Sequence record: SRR2962707_1875
Reading direction: 5' to 3' (one strand)
DNA length: 32,422 nt
This document shows, piece by piece, positions 1 through 9,903 of the stretch (positions are counted from its first letter, which is position 1; every line of letters starts with the position of its first letter). A model generated the notes under the pieces. The model did not search any database and had not been told where the DNA came from. It saw only the letters and a program-made list of their open reading frames with translations. The translations under genes and the position numbers were made by a program.

Positions 1-3000
1 GACACCCTGTTTGTGGATAACCTGCGGGGCAACATTACTTTCAAGGTGGAGAACAACACCTCCACCGGCGAAGGCATCTACTCGGACCCGGTGGAGTCTG
101 ATTCCCAGTCACTGGACGACGCCAGCTTCGATTTTGCCGATCTGGGCGAGATTCTGCTGGTACGGATTCTGCCGTTTAACGAAGAACACTGGCGCTATTA
201 CCTGTTCAATCGCACCGAGCGCAAGATCGAGCGCGTTGACGCCATGGCCGGTTCCGTCGCGTCGCTACCGGACAATCACGGCCTGATTTTTCCGTCGGGT
301 TATTACCTGAGTACCGGCGAGCTGAAAACCTTCCAGATTCCCGACGGGGATTTCCGGCTCAAGCGTACCTTGCGGGCCCCCAACGGCGAAGACATGCTGT
401 ATGTCTTCTTCGAACAGCGCACCGGTCAGGTGATCCTGTTCCGCTACAACCTGATTCGCAAACAGGCGGATGTGCCACTGATTGGCCACGGTTACGCCCT
501 GTTCGAAAACGGGCATCTGGTGATTTTCAATGCCGACAAGGAACCTACGCTGGTGCACCCGTTGCAGGTGTGGGAAACGCCGTTCACTTCTGAAAGTTTC
601 CACGCTGCGGCGAACGTCGCCAACGATTCCGAGCTGGCGCGCATTGGCAATCCCGAGCTGGTTCGGGGAATTGCCGAGCTGAATACGGTGGTTACCCTGG
701 TGGAGGGCGCCAGCGCCAGTGAGCGGCATTTCACCAACCTGATTCGTACCGTGGACCGTATTCTGGACCAGTTTTTCTGGCTGTCAGCGCGTCAGGAAGA
801 AGCCTTGTTTGCGGGGTTAAACCAACAGCTCAGCACCATCCGAAGCACCGCAGAGCTGGTGCTGGATGAGTATGAGAAAGTCCAGAGCATTCGCGCCCAG
901 ACTGAAGCTGCCATTACCGAGGTCGCTCAGGACCAGGGCGCGTTGATGCGGGACCTGAAACCGGATAGCTGGAAAGCACCGGATCAGTTTGTCAGTTACC
1001 TGGCACGTTTGCGCGATCATCGCGGCCGGGTGCGAACCCTCAATGATCGGCGCTATGCCGACAAAGCCCGTATCGACACTCTTGAAGAGGAGCTGGCCGA
1101 GGCTGAGGGCCGGCTGACCGAGCGCACCTTCCGTTTCCTGGCGTCGCCGGAGGCGCTGGATGGCTACCGCCAGACCCTGACCGAGTTGCAGACTGCGCTG
1201 GCCGAGGCCGACAGCCGGGATGCCCTGAAGAAGATTGTCGATCGCTATCGGGAACTGACCGAAGGCCTGGACATGATCCAGGGCATGCTGGCGTCCATGG
1301 GCGGTGACGATGCCGCGCTGGAAACGGCGATCACCGATAACATCTCGGGCATCTACGCGACCATCAACCAGCAGCGTTCCGAAGCGGAAATCCGGCTGAA
1401 AGAGCAGGGCAGTGCAGAAGCCCGGGCCCAGTTCGCTGCACGCATCCGGCTGTTTGAGCAGAGCCTGGCGAACGGCGTCAGCGCGCTGTCGGATGTGCGC
1501 GAATGCGATGGCCTGATGACCCGAATGCTGGATCAGCTGCAGGAGCTGGAAAGCCAGTTTGGCGAATATGACGAGTTCCTGGCGGCCATTCTGGAGCAGC
1601 GTGAGAACGCCCATGAGAGCATCGAGGCACGGCGCCAGCAGCTCCAGGATCAGCAACAGCGCCGGGTAACCACGCTCACCGATGCCGCTGCCCGTATTCT
1701 CAAGAACCTGGGCCGCCGTACCGAACGTTTCAGCAGCCCTGAAGAGCTGCATGCCTTCTTCGCCTCTGATGCCATGGTTAGCCGGTTGCGCAGTATGGCC
1801 GGAGAGTTACGGGAGCTGGGCGCCGCCATGGAAGCGGACGATTGCCTGGGCCAGCTCAAAGCGGCTCAGGACACCGCCCTGCGCAGTGTTCGGGACAAGG
1901 CCGATATCTTTGAGGATGGCGGTGCCGTTATCCGGCTGGGCAAGCACAAGTTCAGCGTTAACCAGCGGGAGCTGGATCTGACCCTGATTCCCCGGGACGA
2001 TCATGTCCTGCTGCACCTGACCGGAACCCAGTATTACGAGCGCCTGGAGGAGCCCGAGCTGGACCGCCTCCGGGGCTACTGGAACATGAGCCAGCCTTCG
2101 GAATCCGACCGGGTGTACCGGGCGGAGTATCTGTCGGCACTGGTAATCGATGAGTTCCGCAAGGCCGGAGACCTGCCGGTTAACGTCGCGGATCTGGATG
2201 AACTGACCGGTTACATCCGCAAGTTCGCCTCGCCCCGATACCGGGAGGGCTACGAAAAAGGCATCCATGATCACGACGCAGCGCTGATTGTCAGTACGCT
2301 GTGGCCGGCGATTCAGAACGCCGGGTTGCTCCGTTTCAGCCCCAGGGCGCGGGCACTGGCCATGCTGTTCTGGGCCGGGTTAAGCCAGCAACAGAGCGCG
2401 GGCCAGCAACTGCGTTCCCGGTGCCTGTCTGCCGGCATCCTCAGCCGCATGATGCAGTCCGATGAGCTGCTGGAATCCCTGCAACAGGAACTGGAACCGC
2501 AGCTCGCAAACTTTGTGGAAGAACAGCAATTGAGCCTGGCCGGGCCGGGCAGCGATGGCCGCAGCCTGGTGCATTCCGCAGCCCAGTACCTGGTACGACA
2601 GCTGGCGGAAGAATCCGAAGCCTTCGATATCACTCGCTATGCCGGGGATCTGGCAACCGGCTTTGTCGAGGCACTGAAACGGGATAACCAGTTTGCCCAG
2701 TATCAGCAGGCACTGGAGGTCGTGGCCGATCAGCCGGCTGCTCGCTGGAGCATCACCAGCCACTGGTTGAAAGCCTGGATGGCCAAGACGGATCAGCAGC
2801 ATCTGCTGCACTATCTTCCGGAGGCCGTGGTCGTGCTGAACGTGGGCGAAACGGTGAAAACCTCGGTTCGCGGTGTGGAGCTGGCGTTCCAGATTGAAGG
2901 TCTGCTGGGCCAACACCCTCGCATTGAAGAGCGCACGCTCAGTCTGCAACTGGATGAATTTGACGAGCGTCTGCGATATCACCAGCAGGAGATCATTCCT

Positions 3001-4605
3001 GGTTGGCAGCAGTTGCAGGAGGTGCGACAGCAGGTACTGGAGAAATGGCGTGGCCAGTTACGGCTGGACGAGTTCCGGCCCCGCCCGCTGTCGTCGTTCG
3101 TGCGTAACAAGCTGATCAGCGAGAGTTACCTGCCGATCATTGGCGATAACCTGGCCAAGCAGATGGGCACGGCGGGTGAAGACCGCCGCACCGACCAGTC
3201 CGGGCTGCTGATGATGATCTCGCCGCCGGGCTACGGTAAAACCACGCTGATGGAATACGTGGCCAACCGCCTGGGTCTGATTTTCATGAAGATCAACTGC
3301 CCGAGCCTGGGTCACGACGTGATGTCGCTGGATCCCGAAAAGGCACCGCATTCCACCGCCGAAGCAGAGCTGATCAAGCTTAACCTGGCGTTGGAAATGG
3401 GTAACAACGTGATGTTGTATCTGGACGATATCCAGCACACTCACCCCGAATTCCTGCAGAAGTTTATCTCCCTGTGTGACGGCACGCGCCGCATTGAAGG
3501 GGTGTGGCGCGGCAAGACCCGCACCTACGACATGCGTGGCAAACGTTTCTGTGTGGTGATGGCGGGGAACCCATATACCGAGAGCGGCGAAGTCTTCAAG
3601 GTCCCCGACATGCTCGCCAACCGGGCCGACATCTACAACCTGGGTGACGTGCTCTCGGGCATGGAGTATGCCTTTGCGTTGTCCTACATCGAGAACAGCC
3701 TGAGCTCCAACCGGGTGCTGGCACCGCTGGCCACCCGGGGCATGGCGGACTTTTACCGGTTCGCCGATCTGGCCGAAGGCAAAACGGTGGCGGATTCGGA
3801 CTTTGAACACGACTACAGCGCCGCCGAGCGCGATGAAATCGTTGCCCTATTGAAGAAAATGATCCGGGTGCGGGAAACCGTGTTGCGGGTCAATCAAGCT
3901 TATATTGCCTCCAGCGCCCAGGCAGAAGCGTACCGCACCGAGCCCACCTTCAAGCTGCAGGGCAGTTACCGGAACATGAACAAGCTGGCGGAGAAGCTGT
4001 CGCCGGTGATGAGTGACCAGGAACTGGAAGCCCTGATTGATGACCACTACCAGGGCGAGGCTCAGCTGCTGACATACGGCGCCGAAGAAAACCTGCTCAA
4101 GCTCAAGCAGATGCGCGGCACCATGAACGACGAAGAAGCGGCACGCTGGCAGGCCATCTGTGAAGAATACCGCCGCCGTCAGCAAGCCGGTGGCGACGAG
4201 GAAACCGGGGTGAAAGTGGTTCGCCAACTGGGCCTGATCTCGGAACATTTGCAGCAACTGGGGCAACAACTGGTTGCCGGACTGGACAGCGGAAAACACC
4301 CGGAACCCGATCTGGATAAAGCCCTGAGCCAGCTGTCCCGTTCCCTCGAAACCGGCCTCACCGAAGGCCTGCAATCGGTACAGCTGAATCCCGCTGTCAC
4401 CGTCAACCTGGACAGCCCGCCCCAGGTGGGCGACGCGCTGATGGCCTTCGCCCGGATCTTTGAAGAATCCATTGTGCCGCTGGTGAAAACCATGGATGGC
4501 AAGCTGGACCTGGATCTGAAAACCCAGCAGGAAATGAGTCGGGTGCTGAGGGTGATCCGTGATCTGCAGGACAGATTGCTCACCCAGGATGGAGCTCAGA
4601 GCTAA
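1..4605 (+). CDS. Giant coiled-coil + AAA+ ATPase (DUF3686 / 'DNA repair ATPase' family, PA3728-like), 5'-truncated by the window
   Basis: Frame 1 is open from base 1 (GAC ACC CTG TTT GTG...) to TAA at 4605. Beta-rich N-terminal part, long Glu/Gln/Leu/Arg-rich coiled-coil, Walker A MISPPGYGKTT, Walker B MLYLDD, sensor-like VVMAGNPY and MLANRAD. Confidence 0.85.
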   Translation, partial: DTLFVDNLRGNITFKVENNTSTGEGIYSDPVESDSQSLDDASFDFADLGEILLVRILPFNEEHWRYYLFNRTERKIERVDAMAGSVASLPDNHGLIFPSGYYLSTGELKTFQIPDGDFRLKRTLRAPNGEDMLYVFFEQRTGQVILFRYNLIRKQADVPLIGHGYALFENGHLVIFNADKEPTLVHPLQVWETPFTSESFHAAANVANDSELARIGNPELVRGIAELNTVVTLVEGASASERHFTNLIRTVDRILDQFFWLSARQEEALFAGLNQQLSTIRSTAELVLDEYEKVQSIRAQTEAAITEVAQDQGALMRDLKPDSWKAPDQFVSYLARLRDHRGRVRTLNDRRYADKARIDTLEEELAEAEGRLTERTFRFLASPEALDGYRQTLTELQTALAEADSRDALKKIVDRYRELTEGLDMIQGMLASMGGDDAALETAITDNISGIYATINQQRSEAEIRLKEQGSAEARAQFAARIRLFEQSLANGVSALSDVRECDGLMTRMLDQLQELESQFGEYDEFLAAILEQRENAHESIEARRQQLQDQQQRRVTTLTDAAARILKNLGRRTERFSSPEELHAFFASDAMVSRLRSMAGELRELGAAMEADDCLGQLKAAQDTALRSVRDKADIFEDGGAVIRLGKHKFSVNQRELDLTLIPRDDHVLLHLTGTQYYERLEEPELDRLRGYWNMSQPSESDRVYRAEYLSALVIDEFRKAGDLPVNVADLDELTGYIRKFASPRYREGYEKGIHDHDAALIVSTLWPAIQNAGLLRFSPRARALAMLFWAGLSQQQSAGQQLRSRCLSAGILSRMMQSDELLESLQQELEPQLANFVEEQQLSLAGPGSDGRSLVHSAAQYLVRQLAEESEAFDITRYAGDLATGFVEALKRDNQFAQYQQALEVVADQPAARWSITSHWLKAWMAKTDQQHLLHYLPEAVVVLNVGETVKTSVRGVELAFQIEGLLGQHPRIEERTLSLQLDEFDERLRYHQQEIIPGWQQLQEVRQQVLEKWRGQLRLDEFRPRPLSSFVRNKLISESYLPIIGDNLAKQMGTAGEDRRTDQSGLLMMISPPGYGKTTLMEYVANRLGLIFMKINCPSLGHDVMSLDPEKAPHSTAEAELIKLNLALEMGNNVMLYLDDIQHTHPEFLQKFISLCDGTRRIEGVWRGKTRTYDMRGKRFCVVMAGNPYTESGEVFKVPDMLANRADIYNLGDVLSGMEYAFALSYIENSLSSNRVLAPLATRGMADFYRFADLAEGKTVADSDFEHDYSAAERDEIVALLKKMIRVRETVLRVNQAYIASSAQAEAYRTEPTFKLQGSYRNMNKLAEKLSPVMSDQELEALIDDHYQGEAQLLTYGAEENLLKLKQMRGTMNDEEAARWQAICEEYRRRQQAGGDEETGVKVVRQLGLISEHLQQLGQQLVAGLDSGKHPEPDLDKALSQLSRSLETGLTEGLQSVQLNPAVTVNLDSPPQVGDALMAFARIFEESIVPLVKTMDGKLDLDLKTQQEMSRVLRVIRDLQDRLLTQDGAQS

Positions 4606-4628
4606 ATCGTAAACAAGGCAAGAAAAGG

Positions 4629-6260
4629 ATGTTGCCCATTATGATCAAGGAAGATGTGCCTGTGCCGGCCGCCACTGAGTTTATGGAAGCACTCAATAGT
4701 GGTAACCACCTGAAGCTCATTCGGGAATGGGGTGACGTGCTGTTTCACACCGTGTTCATTAAAGAACACCCAGGGCTCGAATTACCAATGCTGTACAGTG
4801 TTGATGATCACCACAGTTTTTTGGCAAGCCCGGATGCAAATGAAGTGCAAGAAGCCCTCCAGGAGCACCTTGTCTTGGCGGAAGACGCCGATGTTTTCGT
4901 CAGGGCCGTACCGTTACGGGAGTTGGCCAGAAACGCCCACATGCTGGGAGCCTGGCTGAACTGGTTTGATGCCAAGATCATCATGGACAGTTCACTCATG
5001 GAACTGTTGGGGATGAAAGCCTTGGTGACGCTGGATGATGGGCAAGAGAGACTTTATCAAGCGAAGGTTTATGCCTCCCCTGCACTGAATAAGAGCGGCA
5101 CCTCGGCTAACGTAAGCGCCCAGATCTGGAAAGTCAGTGATATTGAGGGTGGGGCCGGCCTTCAGCGGACCCGTGAGTTCTTTGTTTATGATGACAGCAA
5201 ATCTTTTGCTTTCGCAGAGAACGAAGGCTCAATCCTCTCTTCACGCAAGCTCAGCCAGTTAAGGGCCAAGGAGGCGATGCTCTTTGGCACCTGGGCGTCG
5301 CCGGTCTATAACTTTGAGGCTGTAACCAAGGATGCAGTTAGGGAAGCGGATCACCTTGTTGAGGACACCTATGTTCCTCACCCATCATTGCTGGATGAGG
5401 CGTTACTGGACTCATTTCGTGAACTTGAGCGGGCTATAAACAATGAGATCATGCCCGATGCACGCCGGCTTCATCTGGACGTTAGCAAAGGTCAGGTTTT
5501 CGCCGAACTGGAAGAGCCCGGAGATGACGAGCTGGATAGAGTCGAGGGCCGTAAATTCTGCATTGTTTTTGATGATCACCCAGAGTGGTGCCTGTGGCTG
5601 GGCGGCGATGGCTTGGCAGTGACGGACTATTCGGACGAGGTCTGGTTGCCAGAATCGCCCGGACGTCATGAAGTTCGGGAATCTCTGCGTTTGAAAATAG
5701 TTCGGGCGATCGCCTGGACGTTATTCTGGAAGGGGCGAGAGCCTGGTTCGCGAGTGTCGCTGATTCCCGGGCAGTTTGCGGGGCTAAGGCCTTTTCGCCC
5801 GGATAATCTGGACCGGATCTTTCATCCTCCCCTGGATGATACCCGGTTCCCGGCACTGGCTTCTATGCCTTGCGGCGAACAACCGTTGCCTGTGCTGGTG
5901 CATGGTGAGCTACCCGAAGGTTATGTGGTTGAAGCACTGGAAGGCCTGCAAGTGTCAGCGGCAGAGCTGCCAAGGGGAACACTGCGCCGAGACAGTCTGC
6001 TGTTGAATGGAGCCGTTCATTTTGGCTCGATGTGCGGGCCCATTGTGGTGCCGCAGACGGCCATCGAGTTCCCTGACGAGTGGTACACAGGTATTCGAAC
6101 CTCTAACACGCAACTCATTTCCGATTTGAAGGCGTTTCTGTGGGACCAGTCCAGGGTTGTGCCTGCACCTGAAAAAGATCCGGATGATCCCGGTGCGGTG
6201 ATTGGCATCTGTCTTGGGATTATGGCTTTCCTGTTGGTGCTCGTTCTTGTGCTGGGCTGA
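4629..6260 (+). CDS. Hypothetical protein, 543 aa, with a single C-terminal transmembrane helix; N-terminus possibly SseB-like
   Basis: Long ORF 23 nt after the ATPase stop. Ends in AVIGICLGIMAFLLVLVLVLG-stop, with no N-terminal signal. More A/T-ending codons than its neighbours by eye. Start could be a downstream GTG (about 4656/4662) after AAGGAAG. Confidence 0.7.
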   Translation: MLPIMIKEDVPVPAATEFMEALNSGNHLKLIREWGDVLFHTVFIKEHPGLELPMLYSVDDHHSFLASPDANEVQEALQEHLVLAEDADVFVRAVPLRELARNAHMLGAWLNWFDAKIIMDSSLMELLGMKALVTLDDGQERLYQAKVYASPALNKSGTSANVSAQIWKVSDIEGGAGLQRTREFFVYDDSKSFAFAENEGSILSSRKLSQLRAKEAMLFGTWASPVYNFEAVTKDAVREADHLVEDTYVPHPSLLDEALLDSFRELERAINNEIMPDARRLHLDVSKGQVFAELEEPGDDELDRVEGRKFCIVFDDHPEWCLWLGGDGLAVTDYSDEVWLPESPGRHEVRESLRLKIVRAIAWTLFWKGREPGSRVSLIPGQFAGLRPFRPDNLDRIFHPPLDDTRFPALASMPCGEQPLPVLVHGELPEGYVVEALEGLQVSAAELPRGTLRRDSLLLNGAVHFGSMCGPIVVPQTAIEFPDEWYTGIRTSNTQLISDLKAFLWDQSRVVPAPEKDPDDPGAVIGICLGIMAFLLVLVLVLG

Positions 6261-6371
6261 GATACGCGGCGTGGCAATGGATGGCTTGTCATAACAGCGC
6301 CTTAAGTGCAGGTCATTCGTTGAATAACAGGAAATGGTTTTGTCCTTGGTTTTTTGACAAGAGCGTTCGCA

Positions 6372-6397
6372 GGGTGTGACCAGAAGAGGTCACACCC
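6372..6397. terminator. Perfect 10-bp stem-loop between convergent genes (terminator or 3' stabiliser)
   Basis: GGGTGTGACC-AGAAGA-GGTCACACCC, 16 nt past the SPFH stop; no clear U-tract. Confidence 0.5.
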
Positions 6398-6413
6398 ACA
6401 CGTCGTAGAGTAT

Positions 6414-7820
6414 TTATGGCGCTGTCGTAGTGTTCGCCCTCCGCAACTGCTCCATAGCTCCAAGACTGGTAAATACTTCCAGGCTACTGACCGGGCTGGC
6501 GCCTGCGTCGGCCCCGACATAGTAGTCCGGCATATCGATGGTTACGTCCTTCAGGGCCGGGTACATTACCTGAGCGATATCGCGCTGGATTTCGGCCATA
6601 TAGATATCCCGGGCGGCCTGTTTGGCCAGCAGGTGTGCCTTGGCGACTTCGGCTTCCGCCAGGCCTTGCTCACGAATGGCTTTTGCAGCGTAGGTGGCGG
6701 CTTCGGCATTGGCTTTCTGGATGTCTCTCTCAGCAACCGAGATTTCCAGCTGCTTCTGTTTCTCCAGCACGGCTACGGCCTTTTCTTTTTCTTTGCGGAC
6801 GGTCTCCAGTTCTGCCTGCTGGCGCTCCATTTCCACTTCTTTCTGCTTGGAAATAATGGCCAGTTCTTTGCTGCGCTGGGCGTCCTGGATGGCCCGGGCC
6901 TTCTCGATCTCTTTTTCCAGCTGCGCGGTTTTGGCTTCGGCGCGGGCGGTTTCCTGGGCCTGGATCGCGGTAATCCGCTTGGCGACCAGGTCCTTCTTTT
7001 TCACCAGCAGCTCATCCAGTCGCTTCTCGGGCAGCGGACGACCAATGGTCACCTGGCGTACCTGAATGCCATAAGCATCCAGCGGGTTGGCAATGCGCTT
7101 GGCTTGGCCGGCGCTGTCCTGCAGGATGATGTTCTTCCAGACCAGCTGCACTTTCCGCTCCAGCCGGTCGCCGTCGTCATTGGTTGAAGATACGGCAGCC
7201 AGGTCGGTCTGCTCCACTTCCACCTGCTGTCGCTCGGTTTCGTAAAGGCCATTCTGCAACTGGTCTTCCAGTTGAACCTTGAACTTGTTCAGACCACCCT
7301 GGAAGAACTCTTCGCCGGTGTACTGGGTGGCGGTCACTACGGTCACGTTTTTGGCGTTCTTGATCAGCAGGGAATCGATCAGGTTGTCGTAGCTGCGGAA
7401 CTCACGATGCATAGCCACAATCTTTTCGGGATCTGCTGACAGTCGGAACCGGAAAGTGGCCGGAATCCGGGCGGTGTAGGTGTCAGCGAACTGCACTTCC
7501 ACTTCGCCCAGCTGGCGGGTGGATTTGATCTTTTCACCGCTCTCCTGGTTACCGAAACTCAGGGTCATGGCCTGATTGTAGGTATAAACGTTTGAGAAGA
7601 ACGGCACTTTGAAGTGCAGGCCGGGCTCGGTGAACACGCGGATGGTGCCAAACAGGGTGTCCTGAACCACATAGGTGTAGCCCAGCTCCGTGGTAAAGAA
7701 GGAAGACATGGCCAGGAAGACCGCGAACAGCGAGCTTGCGATGGCCAACAGATATTTTTTCAGATTATTCAGAACAGCAGAGAGCATTTTCTCTGTCCGT
7801 GAGATTGCCGGGGCGTCCAT
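6414..7820 (-). CDS. SPFH / band-7 (flotillin/prohibitin-like) membrane protein
   Basis: N-terminal TM helix (YLLAIASSLFAVFLAMSSFF), SPFH motif FTEPGLHFKVPFFSNVYTY, AYGIQVRQVTIG, then a long Ala/Glu/Lys-rich coiled-coil. GGAG RBS upstream. Confidence 0.85.
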   Translation of the reverse strand: MDAPAISRTEKMLSAVLNNLKKYLLAIASSLFAVFLAMSSFFTTELGYTYVVQDTLFGTIRVFTEPGLHFKVPFFSNVYTYNQAMTLSFGNQESGEKIKSTRQLGEVEVQFADTYTARIPATFRFRLSADPEKIVAMHREFRSYDNLIDSLLIKNAKNVTVVTATQYTGEEFFQGGLNKFKVQLEDQLQNGLYETERQQVEVEQTDLAAVSSTNDDGDRLERKVQLVWKNIILQDSAGQAKRIANPLDAYGIQVRQVTIGRPLPEKRLDELLVKKKDLVAKRITAIQAQETARAEAKTAQLEKEIEKARAIQDAQRSKELAIISKQKEVEMERQQAELETVRKEKEKAVAVLEKQKQLEISVAERDIQKANAEAATYAAKAIREQGLAEAEVAKAHLLAKQAARDIYMAEIQRDIAQVMYPALKDVTIDMPDYYVGADAGASPVSSLEVFTSLGAMEQLRRANTTTAP

Positions 7821-7939
7821 TCGATACTCCAGATGGGTTCTTGGGGCGGCCGAATGTACCGGAATGTCGTAAATAGTGTGTAGGAAGATCAGTCAGATCC
7901 TTGTAGGAAAAGTCTGCATATGAAGAGAAGTTGATCGGC

Positions 7940-7968
7940 TGGTCAAAAAAACGTCATGCGGTGGTCAT
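7940..7968 (+). promoter_or_regulatory. Putative PhoB (pho) box, three 11-bp-phased units
   Basis: GTCAA at 7942, GTCAT at 7953 and GTCAT at 7964, exact 11-bp period matching the CTGTCAT-N4 consensus, upstream of a phosphodiesterase. Confidence 0.65.
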
Positions 7969-8021
7969 GGCTCTTGTGAACACTGACGCTGCAGTATCAT
8001 TCATTTCACAAGGAGCAGGTT

Positions 8022-9341
8022 ATGAAGTTACGCGTTATCGCAAGTGTGGTGTTGAGTACTCTGATGGCCGGAGCCGCCAATGCCACACCGGGCTGGCATG
8101 ATGAACGTCAGTGGATGCCGCCTGGGCTGGAAAAGGCATGGCACGATCACCAGGGGCATAAAGGTTGGCACAAGTATCAGGGCAAGCCATCGGTTCAGGT
8201 GGGCGCGAGGCCGTACTGGTTGGTTGAGGATATGGATGACGGCCCGCTCAAGGAACGTCTCAAGAGCTGTGACGTGCGCAACTTCCAGGCTACGGACTTC
8301 TCGATTGGCCACCGGGGAGCGCCCCTGCAGTTCCCGGAACATACCCGGGAGTCCTACATCGCCGCCGCCAGGATGGGCGCTGGCATTCTGGAGTGTGATG
8401 TTGCTTTCACCAAGGATCGCGAGCTGGTGTGTCGCCACGCCCAGAATGATCTGCACACCACCACCAACATTGTCACCATTCCGGAATTGAACGCGAAGTG
8501 TACCCAGCCGTTCGTCCCTGCTGATCCGGCATCCGGCACTCCGGCCAAGGCTGAATGCCGGACCAGTGACATCACCCTGGCGGAGTTCAAGACCCTCGAG
8601 GGTAAGATGGACGCCTACGATCCGATGGCGACCACACCGGAAGAGTATGTCGGCGGCACTGCTGACTGGCGCACCGATCTGTATGCCAGCCGGGGCACCT
8701 TGATGACCCACCGCGAGAGTATAGAGCTGTTCAAGTCACTGGGCGCCAAGTTCACACCGGAGCTTAAAACGCCAGTGGTCGATATGCCGTTTGAGGGCGA
8801 GTACAGCCAGCGGGACTACGTCCGTCAGATGATTCAGGATTACATCGACGCTGGCATTAACCCGAAAGATGTGTGGCCGCAATCGTTTAATCTGGACGAC
8901 GTACTCTTCTGGGTGAATGAAATGCCGCGCTTTGGTGAACAGGCAGTGTTTCTGGATCAGTCGCCGATCACGCCGGATACAGAGTCTCTGGCGCACATGG
9001 AAAGCCTGAAGTCCCGGGGCGTGAACATTCTGGCGCCAGCGCTCTGGAAAATGCTGGCGCTGGATAGTTATGGCGAGATTGAACCGTCTGAGTATGCCCG
9101 CAATGCCCGCATGGCTGGTCTTGATCTGATCGCCTGGACCGTGGAGCGTAGTGGTCCCCTAGCAAATGGCGGTGGCTGGTATTACCAGACAGTTTCGGAT
9201 GCCATCAATAACGACGGCGATGTCATGAATGTGATTGATGTGCTGGCTCGGGAGGTGGGCGTCATTGGTGTATTCTCGGACTGGCCGGCCACGACCACCT
9301 ATTACGCCAACTGCATGATGAACCCGAAAGGGCGCCGTTAG
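8022..9341 (+). CDS. Exported glycerophosphodiester phosphodiesterase (GDPD/GlpQ-like)
   Basis: Signal peptide (…MAGAANA), motifs [55 protein letters not shown]. Confidence 0.9.
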   Translation: MKLRVIASVVLSTLMAGAANATPGWHDERQWMPPGLEKAWHDHQGHKGWHKYQGKPSVQVGARPYWLVEDMDDGPLKERLKSCDVRNFQATDFSIGHRGAPLQFPEHTRESYIAAARMGAGILECDVAFTKDRELVCRHAQNDLHTTTNIVTIPELNAKCTQPFVPADPASGTPAKAECRTSDITLAEFKTLEGKMDAYDPMATTPEEYVGGTADWRTDLYASRGTLMTHRESIELFKSLGAKFTPELKTPVVDMPFEGEYSQRDYVRQMIQDYIDAGINPKDVWPQSFNLDDVLFWVNEMPRFGEQAVFLDQSPITPDTESLAHMESLKSRGVNILAPALWKMLALDSYGEIEPSEYARNARMAGLDLIAWTVERSGPLANGGGWYYQTVSDAINNDGDVMNVIDVLAREVGVIGVFSDWPATTTYYANCMMNPKGRR

Positions 9342-9372
9342 CTGGAGCTGTAACACCTGTCTGATGCCTACA

Positions 9373-9409
9373 TTAAAGCCGGCCTGTAGGTTAGACTGGC
9401 CGGCTTTAA
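9373..9409 (+). terminator. Inverted repeat, likely terminator after the GDPD gene
   Basis: TTAAAGCCGGCC-N13-GGCCGGCTTTAA, perfect 12-bp arms. Confidence 0.55.
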
Positions 9410-9429
9410 ACTGGCGTAAGGAGCCCAAC

Positions 9430-9867
9430 ATGATCTGGACCGTATACCTTTCTGGCGAAATTCACACCGACTGGCGCGAGCAGATTGCTGCGGGTGCCGA
9501 GGCGGCCGGCCTGCCGGTAGAGTTCACGTCTGCCAATACCGATCACGAATCCAGTGATGCCGCAGGTGACTTCCTGGGCAAGCCGGAAAACAATTTCTGG
9601 CGTGACCACCAGTCGTCCAAGGTAAACGCCATCCGCACCAAAACCCTGCTTGAGCAGTGTGATCTGGCGGTCATCCGCTTTGGCGACAAGTACAAGCAGT
9701 GGAACGCGGCCTTCGACGCTGGTTATTGTGCGGCTATGGGCACGCCATACATTACCCTGCATGACGAAGACATTGTGCATCCGCTCAAAGAAGTGGACGC
9801 CGCCGCCATGGCATGGGCGCAAACGCCGGAACAGGTGGTAGAGCTGCTGAAGTACGTCACGGCCTAA
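9430..9867 (+). CDS. YtoQ family protein (nucleoside 2-deoxyribosyltransferase-like fold)
   Basis: VYLSGEIHTDWRE, RFGDKYKQWNAAFDAGY and HPLKEVDAAA signatures. AAGGAG RBS before ATG 9430, so the ORF-track start at 9364 is too long. Confidence 0.9.
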   Translation: MIWTVYLSGEIHTDWREQIAAGAEAAGLPVEFTSANTDHESSDAAGDFLGKPENNFWRDHQSSKVNAIRTKTLLEQCDLAVIRFGDKYKQWNAAFDAGYCAAMGTPYITLHDEDIVHPLKEVDAAAMAWAQTPEQVVELLKYVTA

Positions 9868-9903
9868 CGGCGGGGATTCGTGATCCCACATGAACCATAT
9901 TTA

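Noticed and set aside
817-4374. Several long minus-strand ORFs inside the ATPase (also 26709..27842, 30125..31225, 31264..32082)
   Set aside because: Typical antisense shadows of high-GC genes, with no motifs or convincing RBS.
6285-6370. CATAACAGCGCCTTAAG…GAGCGTT after the orphan gene resembles the ends of an integron attC/VCR site
   Set aside because: No complementary L' box, the right end GTTCGCA does not fit GTTRRRY, and there is no second cassette or integrase in the window.
6354-7187. 277-aa Phe/Leu/Gly-rich ORF on the + strand
   Set aside because: Antisense shadow of the SPFH coiled-coil; Lys/Glu codons read as Phe/Leu on the opposite strand.
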